Shown: positions 26,857 through 38,637 of the stretch, one piece after another | Layout: every line of letters begins with the position of its first letter | Position numbering within the stretch: position 1 is the stretch's first letter | NCBI GenBank assembly: GCA_012026655.1 | Contig: JAAILG010000011.1 | Location: 124,001-188,000, forward strand | Direction: 5' to 3' | Source: Hydrolagus affinis | Lineage: Eukaryota | DNA: 64,000 nt | Program-made: the position numbers and the translations under genes | Notes under the pieces: model-generated | Database searches by the model: none | The model's input: only the letters and a program-made list of their open reading frames with translations | Told to the model about the DNA's origin: nothing

Positions 26857-29544
26857 ATTAACTTAATAATGCCAAGAATTGTCAAATGTGATAATGCAGA
26901 GATGGGATGTTGGAAGTAAAGAATACTCATTCAATATTTCTATCTTTTGTTCAGAGAATACACAGCAAATGAAAATGTTTTCCATTTTAATGTTCCTGTG
27001 AAAGAATTTTTTTTTGCTAGTTCAAACATCAGACAGAATATATTTTTATTTGGCTCATAATCTGATGATATATGCCCTGTCACAGCAACTCTATACTACA
27101 TTTAATAGTCTGACTTACAAACTTCAAACTGGATTCATTTTCTGACTGGTTAATTTTATGACTTTGTAAGTGGCAACAGAAGCCCTGAATTACCACCATA
27201 AATTCTTACTTTAAGATTGACCAAATTGGAAAACCATTTGCGGATGTTGCATAATGGACAACGTATATTCCCATCCACGTTTTCAAAGCTTGACCCTTGG
27301 CACCTAAATGCTCAATCGTATAAATGGAAAGATTAAAAAATGCGAAAATGAATGAGAAATGTTCTTACTTTCAAACCTTTATTAAAAAAAAGTTCCTCCT
27401 CTTACTGTGTACCGTTGACTGTTATGTATGTATGCAAGCAAAGCAAAATTTCTGATATCACCAGGTACATCCCACAAATTACAAGGAAATGCATAGTCAC
27501 ATTTTTAAAAAAAACATTCACCAGAAAGAATCTCAGCTTAAGACCATTACCTCTGACAATGCAGACTCCCTCACATCTGTACTGGGTGTCAGCCTAGAGG
27601 TCGAGCTTGGCTTGATCTAGCATGTTGCTCAAACCTATATGCATTGACACTGCAGTACAATAGTGGGGAGAGTGTTGCATTGCTGCAGATGCAGCCTTTT
27701 CGACAAGATGTTCAACTGATTTAAGTCAAGCTAATGGCTATTCAATAGTTTCTAATGTTTGTTTTCCTGCAATAAACTTGATTTTATTTTCCCTGAATTA
27801 CTTGGTTGAGTAATTCAGGCTGAGTATGAGCATCACTGAAACTTTCCTTGTCCAGTTGGGAGCTGCTCCACCAGCGGCTGACAACATAAATTCGAAAACT
27901 TGCCCACACACTTTAGTGCAGTAGAAAATATTTAATTTGGCTAGTTATCTGACATTTTGTGTTGACAATCCCACATTAATGTTTTGAATTCAGAGCGACC
28001 GACCCCCCACCACCCAACCACCAGTGTGCGATTCGATCTGTCAGTGAATGCAATAGCTTCTCCCATTCTCGAGTTCCACAAGCTAATTAAACCCTTGGCT
28101 TCCACTTTGTGCTCAAAGGAGCTCTGCTCACTCGTCTTCCACACATTGCCCAAGCAGGAGCCTGTCAAACCAATCAGTGCAGTCAAAGAAATCTGAACCA
28201 CCACAGAAAGCATTGCTTTGGGTTGGACTCGTTTCAAAAATCAACAGAAAAATTGTAATTGTGTTGCAGTTTTCATTTTGTGGCAGAAGCATTGCCGCAG
28301 CCTTCAAAGGTTAAAGGGAGACTGAGCTGCAGTCGGCGAATGTTTGACATTTTTGATGGTTTTTAAATTACTTTATTCAACCTACCAAATGAAATACTCC
28401 ATTGTAGATATTACCCATTTATCAAAATCGGACTGCACACAAAAATCCCTATACGATTTCATTTAGATACAGGTTTATATTTAACACAGAGTAAAGCCAT
28501 ACTGTACAATAGTTTGATAGATCAGATTTGTAGCAGCAGGACTCACAACATTCGCCTACAATAGAGCTCTACGCCTCCTAATCTCTCGCCGGGCCGGGTG
28601 TATTTCGAGTTAACCTGATCTAGAGTCCAAACTGAAAGTTCCAAAATTGCATTTTTCTTATAATTTTCTTTAAGATCAAGTTTGTTGGCTTATGCATCCT
28701 GGCTAAATCAAGGTTTTATTTTTGTCCAACTAAACAGTTTTTCCATTGCCTGTAGATGGGGGGAAAAATCCTACCTTCTATTTGGCTTTTGGTTCTGTTT
28801 ATGGCTCGACTGCACTTAACTATAGATAAATTTGATTTAAACCCTTGAGTTCCTATTTTGGGGAAGGAAGCTGTGTTTTGTGCCATGGAACGGTCTGTGT
28901 CTGGGAGGAATGAGTAGGCTGAATGACCTTCTCCTGTTCCTAAATTCCTCACTGGAGCTATAGATGATAATAACTTCTTGACCTATGTGCAACCATTGGC
29001 CAATGGATGCTTTTCAATCTGACCAGACTATGATAAATGTTTTATCAAAATTGGAGGGTTACAAGTACAACATGGACTATTATGATAGCATAGTAACATA
29101 AATGGTATGGTTAGTTATTCTGAGGGGCAAGCACACTGATAAAATAAAATGCCTAGTTCTGCTCCCAACCCTTTTTAAAGCCGAGTATTACTGAATTCAG
29201 TAATGTGTCTGATCACGAATAGGCTGTGGGTACAAATCATTTAGATCAATACACTGATGGTCCAAATTAGATTTTCTTGAGGGATTGTGGTAAACATCAC
29301 ATTGTACAAACATTGTAAACATGGTTTTATTTGAATGCAGAAGAAAACTTGTGTAAATATCAGCATAGTACTATTAGCATTAGTACAAGGCCTAGATGAT
29401 TTCAAGAGTACATTTGAAACCATTTTATTAAATCAATGGTGTTCTCAAAATATGTGGTTGTGGATTTGAGTCAAATCCAGTTACTTGTATTATGTAAAAT
29501 TTAACAATAGAACTCTAGGTGAGAAACTTGTAATGTGATTTAAA

Positions 29545-29810
29545 GTTTCAGATGAAAGGTTATCCATCTGAAACATTTACTCACTTGCATCTCTCCATAG
29601 ATGTTGCCTGGCACGCTGAGTGTTCCCAGCAACTTCTGTTTTTATTTCAGATTTCTAGCATCTGCAGTATTTTGCCTCCTGTTATTGGCAGTAACTGCTT
29701 GGATAAGGATTACAAAAAAAATTTGGGTGTAATTTAATGACTAAATCAAACCCTGAATAAACATTAGTCAAAAACGCAAAATATTGCAGATGCTGGAAAT
29801 CTGAAAAACC
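29545..29810. mobile_element. Penelope-like terminal-repeat remnants in inverted arrangement
   Basis: tttcagatttctagcatctgcagtattttgc (29645) is inverted to gcaaaatattgcagatgctggaaatctgaaa (29776); hammerhead-like core at 29549-29575. Confidence 0.5.
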
Positions 29811-30929
29811 GCAAATCACATTAACTTGTAGTCCTTTGCTAAGTAGTAATTTTCTTTTCAAAAAATATTTGGGGTTGCCTTTGTTAGCATTACAGTTGCA
29901 TATGAGCATATATAATATACATGTAGAAGAGTTTTAAATTAAAGAGATACCATGAAATAAAGCCATGTGTGTGTATTTTATATACAGCATACATTACAGA
30001 AGGTCTACTCGGTTACTGGGCTTAAGTGACTTGGCTGTCAATTTGCAGTTTCCCATGTGAATGTAGTACACTAAGTACCAGATCAATCACTGGCTTATCA
30101 GATGGGTTTGTCTCCTCTCTCCTCCTTGAAGGTGCTGAATTCCTGACATGTCCATGTGACCTTCACATGTGAGTTGATAGGCTTTTCCATTGATTGTGGA
30201 GCATGATCCCTGCCCACAATTCTCAATTTGTCCAAATCAGTCCTTTGCTTTCTAGCTGGGGTCATCCGATAACATAACCTTCCCCTACTCCCTCAAGGGA
30301 ATGAAATGTAAATTGTAATGCTCTTAACGCAATTTAATATACCGGCTGTAACATTGAAACATCTAAGTGTTTGAGAGCATCTTTCTGTATAGAAGCATGA
30401 CCTTATTTGTAGGCAAAGTGGTCGATTTTATACAGGGAAATGATCCTTCAACCTCCTGGCTCAATTCGCACAAGTTGAGACACTTACCAATTGAGCTATG
30501 GGGAGCTCTCCATTGCTAATGTTTACTGGGTTCGTTTCAGTCCAACTCAATAGCATGTACTTACCACTGTGTCTGGATAAATTAATTTCCAAATTAACTA
30601 CTCTTGCGAAGTTATTTTTGAAATGTTACATTAATTAAGATAAAGTTGCTTACAAAACACTCAAAATTAAGTTGGATTCAGCAAATGAGCCTCATGAGAA
30701 GTCGTCATGTCTCCTCATCAAGGACATTACTATTATTATTTCTAGTTCAGCAGTTGTTTTTGACACAAAGTGGTTTATCCTCGAATCTGCTTTCTAGTGC
30801 CATCAGTACAACATTCACATGCGCCCCCGCCCCCTACCCCCACCCCAGCACGATTGTGGACAGAAAAGTTTGGGCACAAGGGGAAATGGGCTTCATTCCA
30901 CTTGGGAGGCCTTGCTATTGTGATTGCCC

Positions 30930-31325
30930 GAGTGTCTCTGTGTGTCTACTCTCTACACGTGTCTCTATGTGAGTACATGTTTATTGATTGACTGTCACTC
31001 TCTGGGTTTGTGTCTCTCTCCTGTGTACGTGTTTGTGAGTGTCCTGTGTCTTTCTCCTCTTATGCATGTGTTTGTAAGTGTGTCCGTGTGTGTCGCTCGC
31101 TAGGTGTCTTTCTTCGCTGTGTGCGTTTGTGAGTGTCTGTAAGTGTGTCTCTGTCCTCAGTATGTGTCTGGTTGTGAGTGTCTGTATGAGTGTGACTCGC
31201 TCTCCTCTGTATGCATGTTTGTAAGTGTGTCCATGTGCGTCTCTTCTGTCTGTGAATTTGAGTGTCTCTGTGTGAATGCTTCTGTGTCTCTTTCCTCTGG
31301 ATGTGTATGTCTGTCTGTGTGCAGT
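30930..31325. repeat. Degenerate (TG)/(TC) low-complexity tract
   Basis: ~400 bp of tgtg/tctc microsatellite-like sequence. Confidence 0.85.
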
Positions 31326-32342
31326 GTTGGGTCCTGAAAGGGAGTGAGCAATTCTAGCCCCTCAATCAAAACACTGGTCCTAAGTGTTTTTTGGCAGATC
31401 TCCAGGTTGCACTGGTATCCTCTCCATCCCCAATGGGCCACCCAGTTTTTGTTTTTAAAAAAAGAAATTAATAAATGTTTTCTAACAATCTAATAGGTGG
31501 TATTTCCTCATGTTTAGTGTGTACCAATAAAGCGAAAACATGTAGGTTGGCAGTAAAACATACCTCAATAGCACCAACCAACCCAATGCGATTTTTCAGC
31601 AAAATTCCCCATGACTTGGGAGGCAAATTTACATACTTTTCTATTGGCCCAGCCCGTTATTAACATAGCATTGCCAACTCCTTATCCCATGAATAGTTCG
31701 GGTTCAACCCAATGGGTTCATACAATCATGAAAATGCAAGTACTGGAAACGGGAATGAAGGGGAATAAATAAGGATAAAAATGAAAACAAAACAATATGA
31801 TACAAATAAACTTTATTGGGGAACGACTTGTGAATTTGATCAGGAAGAAATAAATGAGCGGTTTAAGAAGCAGGTATTTCAATGCGGCCAACTGAAGAGT
31901 AAACTAAATGCAAGGGTAAGAAGAAGAGTAATGAATGAAAGGAATGCTGAAAGGGAGACGAAAGCAAAAGGTACAAGAAATAAAGTGAAGGCTTTAGATT
32001 TCACCCACAAAATATACCGTCAATTCGCTTTGCAGTACATTCTGCGAAGCGCGTTGAGACGTCCCAAAGACATGATGATGTTAGATCAAATGCAAGGATC
32101 CTTATATCAATGCAAGTATTATTATATCCAATGCATGAATTACGATTATATCAAATGCAAGGATTATTATGATTAATATTTAGAATAGAAAATTAAATGT
32201 TTGGAGCAGGAAGATAACGCAAGGCAGGTTTATAAATGAATGTTTTTTTTCTTTGGAAGGGGTGGGTGGAGCGAGAGAGAAAGCAGAAGCCGCACCTCGC
32301 TTTATTTAAAGATTTGTATATAAATCCCTTCCCATTCCTTAC

Positions 32343-32457
32343 CCTCCTTCGGATCGCCCCCCTTCCCTCGGACCAGGAAGAGTTTAGGAAAGACGACGGA
32401 GCAACAGAGGACGACACAGGAGACCAGGGCCACCTTTTGGAAAGCGGAGAGAGTCAT
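32343..32457 (-). CDS. RIC3: RIC3 acetylcholine receptor chaperone, coding exon 1 (signal/TM segment)
   Basis: gaggccATG; MTLSAFQKVALVSCVVLCCSVVFPKLFLVRGKGGDPKE; donor G|gtaagg; 115 nt, phase 1. Confidence 0.9.
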
Positions 32458-32499
32458 GGCCTCAGTGGCTCGGGCAGCGGGAGCTCGGCCTCTCCTTTC

Positions 32500-33000
32500 T
32501 TCCACTAAAACCATCAACTCAAGCCCCCCCACCCCGGCCGGGGAGAGAGGGGAGAGGGGAGGTGGGAGTTTAACGAGGAAACGAGAGAAGAGCCTAAAGT
32601 CAAGGCCCGGATGGGAACGGCCTCCTTAGCAACCGGGAGAGGAGGCGGGGTGGGGGGGGGGGGGAGAACCAGACCGGAAATAAACCCCGCAATACGTTTG
32701 TAGCCCAATGTTCGAGCCCAAAGTAGCCCAATGTTATTATAATCATGATAATTATTATTTTTAGGGCAGCAGCCTTTTTTAAAAAAAACAACAACAAAGG
32801 GAACGGCGAGTGCTTTTTTAATATATAATATATGTAACAAATAGTGCGAGTAAAGGTTGTTTAAAAAAAATCGCGAGGCGCCCGCCCAAACCCGCCCAAT
32901 TGGGGGCGTGAACCCTGGACACGTGGTGATGGACCGGACCGGAAGCAGCTCCCCTCCCCCCCCCACCCCGCCCACCCCCCACCTCTCTCTCTCTCTCGGC
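32500..33000. promoter_or_regulatory. CpG-rich bidirectional promoter (RIC3 on minus, snoRNA host gene on plus)
   Basis: Local GC/CpG enrichment; GC boxes 32881-32887 and 32891-32897, CCAAT 32896-32900, E-box CACGTG 32920-32925, ETS CCGGAA 32674 and 32939, TCGCGA 32871, YY1-like CGCCAT at 33000. Confidence 0.75.
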
Positions 33001-36000
33001 GCCATTGGAAGCAGCAGCAGCTCCTCCAGGAGCTTTGCCTGAGGTAACTTTATATTGATGTTATATATCCAGTTAAACATTATATATATGTGTGTGTTGT
33101 GTCCTGTCTTTTATATATTGTATATATATAGTTAAGAGTTAAAGCTTTAGGTTATTTGATATGTGTTGTGTCATGTATTTTATACATTATATATATAGAT
33201 AGATAATATATATAGATATATAATAAAGATACAAAGCTTCAGGTTACTTTATATGTTATACAGTCAAGAGATCCCACCTGAGGTTATGTTTATATTTTTA
33301 ATGATTAATTATTTCACACGTGATGTAGTCCCTAAGACCAAACCGAAGGTTTATTCTATATATTATTGCAGGGAGAGCGAGAGAGAGAAATCAAGCCGGA
33401 GGTTACTTTATTTTACTGATATTATAGCTTTCCAGACTTGAGAGACCAAACCCTGCGTCATTTACATAATGTAATTTAGTCACAAGTTTACTTCTTATGG
33501 AGTCTCGGGGAAACCACACTTGGAAGTTAGTGACAGTCACCAAGCATGTAATAACGCAATCATTGCCTTTTTGTAGGGGTTGGGGTGGGGATTTTAAAAT
33601 AAATTGGTTAGAGTTTAACAATAAGAGTCTTAATCCTTGCATTCGATTCGAAGTTCCTTTTTGTCTCGAGCCTGAGCTGGTTCTTAGTTATTGGGAGTTA
33701 GTTATAAGACCCGGCTTGTGCTATTTAAATAGTTATAAAAGTTTGATTCTCTGACCCTTTTCCTCCACCGTCGGCGGTTGAGTGATGTTGGAAGTTTCTG
33801 GAAGATCTTGTTGCATGTAGATTTTTATATCTTTCATCAACAACAAAAAAAAAGCCACTATCACTGGTTACCCGCAGCTCATTTTAAACCTTTCACTTTG
33901 AGCCCTCGGGCTGATCTTTTTATAATAATGATTATTGTTATTTCCCCTCCCTCTCCCTCATTTGATCTTTCGGCCTAATAAGTTCTGAAACTCACTGACT
34001 TTCTCCCCCGTTCAGCACAGGCAGAACCACGTGGAGACAAGGCAGTCAGACAGACCTCATGGATCGAGCAGTTTCACAGAAGATGGCGCTGCTGGAATGG
34101 GTATGGACTAGAGAGAGACAAACAGACACGTGTTGGGGAAAATGAGAACTTAAAAACGAGAATAACTGGACAATTGAGCAGCTTTAGTTAATATATATAT
34201 TTTATTATAGATATATACACATGCATAATATATATTTTAAAAGGGTTACTGGGTTAACAATCGTGAAGCTGTTCTCGTGTATGTGTGTTTCTGTTGGTAG
34301 TTTTATCAGTATTACTTGAGCTGAAATGTACAATGCCTCCATGGACCACATCTAATGCTTTTTAATTTGCATTTTAAACCATAAAAATATACCTACTTAT
34401 GCAGAGGAAGGAGCTAACTCATTTTACCTTGATGGGGCAGCACAAGCTTATTTTAATACCAGTCTTGTGTCTTTACAAGTGTGTCAGCTAATGAGAACAT
34501 TGTTTGATAATGATCGATGGGCAGCTTCAATACAATTGCAGCGGCATACTTACAATGTACAACTGCAGTGCTCTTTAAAAGAAGTGTTTTAAACCAGGAA
34601 AGTTTCATTTTACAGAACAATAGCAATACCAAAGGCTAAACTCGTCATTCTTATTTCCTGCAGAATTGCTTTTTGGCCACCAAGGTCAAAGAACAATGGA
34701 GACTAGATAGAGGCTTGCTGAATGGTGTGAAGGTAAGTGTCTTTGAACCGAAAAGGGATAAAATTGAGAGAAGCAAGAATTTTTGCTGCCCACCCTCCAT
34801 TGCAAACACACACACACACACACCCCTTCAACATTCAGGTAGATTAGGAATCTTATTTTAAAATTATGGAATGTTGCTTTGCGGAACTGACTTCCGGATT
34901 TCAGCCATAAAATAGTTATTTCACTTTATAGTAAATCCCATGAAGCGCTTTGAGGCATCTCAACAGTGACCTAAGATGCTTTATCAAATGAAAGGATTAT
35001 TATGTAAAATGAAGTAGAGCTCTGGCCTATACTTGGGTGTTATCCGACATGAATAACCTGGAGTAGAAGGTAGCTTCACTGTGGCCATGTATATTTACCA
35101 ATGCCACTCACAAATGTTCAAGCAGCTGTTGCGTCCTGTATTTTATACATACATATTTATAAAATATATATAGTCAAGAGGCAAAGCTTCAGTAAGCCCG
35201 GTATTAATAAATTGTCTGGAGTTCGGTTAGCATTATGTGTCCCATCGTCAGGAGAGACTGCATTTCAAACAGGAATTTCCATGTGCAGGTGTCATGCATG
35301 AAACTGGTTTGAAAGTTCTCGTGCTTAGTTTGTTTCCACGTGTATCAGACACCTGGCTGATCACTACAAAATAGGTTGTTCTTAATGGTCAGGAATTCAA
35401 TTGGTTACTGTAGGAAAATTATCTTGCACAAACGTTTTTTTGAATTGCATTGCTGCAATAGTCTTAACTCTTATTTTGTGATGTCCTTGCATTTATTGAT
35501 TTTGGATCTTTGGGACATCACAAGTTGTGGTTAGTTACTCCCTATTCATCTATAGTTCCATGAGTTCTGTTCTGCGAGACATCCTTTGGAGTCCATGTTT
35601 CATTTATGAGTGATTTAATATTGATCAGGATTTGGCTATGGGATTCATTGAAAACCAAGCCTAATCTTTTTGTGGATTTCCATTTCAGATTACAATCAGA
35701 GATTGTTTTCTTTCCCGATTGCTAGCCTGGGATATTGGAATCAGGTGAAGTGCTCTTATTGTCACCCTGACAGATTGGCAACATTTGCCCCTTCCTTGTC
35801 TTTATTGCTCAATCAATCATTGGATAAGATTAGAGAGCTTGATCTTTTGATGTTTGGCTTCTTACTTTTGAAACATCAAACTGCAGTTTTCTTTTTGGTG
35901 GTGACTGAAGCCAAACTGCTGGAATCCAATGCCAAATAATTACATTGCCATGTCGTCGTTAAATGACCATGTGGTTAGCAATCAGCAAAACACTTAAAAA

Positions 36001-37044
36001 TGGTGTGTTTAGACACAATGGTTCATTGAACCTTTGGCTTCTTAGCCCAGTTTCTCGAGAGGGATGAGTTTCAGGTTCAGTATTATTGCAGCTCCTTCAA
36101 TGTTGTTTGAGGGAAGATTGTGTGTAGGTGACCTACTACATCGTACTACAACAACACGATTACATTTGTAGAACGCCTTTCACGTTGAGAGGACGTCCCA
36201 ACATAGTAGTTGCAATGTTCGAAGTTTTTTTTTCTGAAGTGCAATTGGACACATCTGGTAGCCAAGCCAAGAGGGACATGCTCCTGGTTCATTGTTTAGG
36301 TAGGTAATGGGGTTAATTGTTTGCTAGCAGGCATCCACTAATGGCATTTCTTGATTAGTTAACCTCGATAAGCCTGGAAACCACATAAGATATTAATCAA
36401 ACCCTTAGCGTGAAAACCTGTTCTGGCGTGCATGCAACATGACATAAGTTCATATTGAGTGCTTGACAGCTCTCAAGAATCATTGTTGATCCTTTATCCT
36501 TCAAACGCTCATTTCTCCAGTTTAGCTGAGTAAGGCAGTACAAGAAGTTTCATTGTATGCCTTTGGCTGATTATATTGTAGATTTCAGTAATTTTTTTGG
36601 TAGCATTGCGTATATCAAGGTCACTTCTAGTGCTGCTAAATGGAGTCTTTGGATGATTTTACACTAAATTTGTACCAACAATGGTAGTGTTCAGCTGTAA
36701 TAACCGATGAAATCTCTTTCTGGAGAAATTAAGCAGTTTTTTTCATTAGAATTAGTTTGATTCTAAATAGTTTGATTTCAGTTCGAAGGTAACCGAAATG
36801 GTAGGATAATCAGCTCACTATTTCACTTTTTTTTAAGAAAATGCTTTGAAAAAGCAGGTAAAACACTTGCTGTATCTATTGGATTGATGGAACTGCTGGA
36901 ATCCATTTAAAAATCTAGCAGTCTATTGGTTTATTCAGTTACAAAATAACTATGTTAGTTATACAAAAATAACATGTGTTATTCCTTTTTTCTAAAATAC
37001 ACTAGACAAATGCCAAGTTTATTGTAACAAAATATATGCCTGGT

Positions 37045-37136
37045 TAACTGGTGATAGAAAGTTTCTCCTTACATTTATCCCTCATTTAGGAACGATAGAA
37101 CAATTTAAAATCATAATGAAAACATTCTGATTATTT
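37045..37136 (+). ncRNA. Candidate box C/D snoRNA of unrecognised family (copy A) with 18S-complementary D guide
   Basis: C-like GTGATAG 37051; TAATGAAAACATT immediately before D box CTGA 37127-37130, complementary to 18S AAUGUUUUCAUUA; 81 nt upstream of the acceptor at 37211. Confidence 0.5.
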
Positions 37137-37458
37137 CATACAATATTAGATGATGTAATCCAATATCCTTAACCTAAAAAGATATTTAAATTTGGCTTTC
37201 CCCTTTTTTAGGCTGAGCTACAAAGCTGAACACTGAAATGTAGTGCCTCTGCTGTTGGTTGTCCTCATTTCTGCAGAAAGGCTTGGATGCCTATTTCTGG
37301 TATGTATGAGAAGCTTGATATATGTTAAGCGCTCTTGAGACGCCGCCCCACGTGAAGGGCGCGATATAAATGCAAGTTGTTGTACATTAAAAATGCACTA
37401 CTAGTGTACATTGTAAGTGTAACAAAATTACATTTATAGAGTGCTTTCATTGAGAATC

Positions 37459-37543
37459 TCCAGAGTTACAAATGATGTTCTCACGATGGTCTTCATAGTA
37501 AATGTGATGAAATTTCTGTATGATATTAGCTGATAGCTCTGGA
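37459..37543 (+). ncRNA. SNORD35: Box C/D snoRNA, SNORD35 (U35) family, copy 1
   Basis: Terminal stem TCCAGAGTTA/TAGCTCTGGA; box C ATGATGT 37472; guide TCTCACGATGGTCT complementary to 28S AGACCGUCGUGAGA; D' CATA 37494; C' GTGATGA 37504; D CTGA 37530; 81 nt upstream of the acceptor at 37614. Confidence 0.9.
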
Positions 37544-38214
37544 TTATTTTGTTGATTCAAAGTAGAAATGCGGGGAATGTGTTACAAGGTAACTCATCAG
37601 ATTGTTTTTCACAGCTGAAAATGAAGGTGTTCCAAGGCAATATTTCTGGATCCATGGATCTTTAGCAATGCTAAGCAGTCTGTTCAGGTATGCATGAGGA
37701 CTAATTATTCTTGTGGGTTCCCTGAATGTTAAACTATCTCGGTGACTTGGTTTCAATACATGTTAGCTTTACTGACACTAGCATCAGTGAAGGGACTTGT
37801 GTACCTTGCTTTCCTAGAGAAATTAAAAATCTCAAGCCTTCGCTTCCAGAAAGTGAAAGTGTGGCTCCTCTCAGCTAAATCAGTAACGCATTTGTAAAGA
37901 TTTACTGCTTTATTATAAATGAACTAAAAAGAGTGACAGTTGGAAATAAAATTTGCAACTAGTCTTATTAATTGTGATTCTAGAACACGCGTTTTTTAGT
38001 TTAACACTTGTATTTATAACTTTACTTTTTTTTATCCTGTTTAACGTACACTTTTTCAAATGGTTAGTTCATTTGCAGCAAGATATATGGTTCGTTGTTT
38101 AAAGAATCAAATGTATTTTGTAGAATAGTTGCATGGCAGATTTGCTTCATTTTTACACGTGGGAATGGTTATTGTAACTGCGTTGATGAAGCTGCCCAAT
38201 GGCAACATCTGGTT

Positions 38215-38313
38215 AAATAACTGGTAATAGAAAGTTTCCTCTTACATTTATCCCTCGTTTAAAGCACCTGGTTAGAATAATTTAAAATTCTAATGAAAAC
38301 ATTCTGATTATTT
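38215..38313 (+). pseudogene. Paralogous copy B of the candidate C/D snoRNA (box C mutated)
   Basis: GTAATAG at 38224; guide and CTGA intact at 38291-38307; AAATAA/TTATTT flanks. Confidence 0.4.
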
Positions 38314-38389
38314 CATACCACTTTAGACTTTAATAATGCTGTACTTGTGCTTTTAAGTGCACATTAAATTGTTGTATTCATTGAGATTC

Positions 38390-38474
38390 TCCAGAGTTAC
38401 AAATGATGTTCTCACGATGGTCTTCATAATAAATTTGATGAAATTTCTACATGAAATTAGCTGATGGCTCTGGA
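38390..38474 (+). ncRNA. SNORD35: SNORD35 family copy 2
   Basis: Same stem, boxes and intact guide TCTCACGATGGTCT; C' is TTGATGA; D CTGA 38461. Confidence 0.88.
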
Positions 38475-38637
38475 TTATTTTGTTGCTTCCAAGTAGAAAT
38501 GGAGGAGACTTGTTACAAGGAAACTGATCAAATTGTCTGGTTTCTAGCTAGTTTTTTCACAAATGAAGATAAGTGCTCCCTGGCAATTTTGAATTCATGG
38601 ATCTTCAGCGATGCAGTCTGTTCAGGTGGGCGTGAAG

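Noticed and set aside
32514-33080. 188-aa minus-strand ORF
   Set aside because: Low-complexity translation of the GC-rich promoter.
37692-37790. Repeated ATGAGG...CTGA segment after each type-Y exon as a third C/D snoRNA
   Set aside because: Putative guides vary among the five copies, and it sits right after the donor; best explained as duplicated intron sequence.
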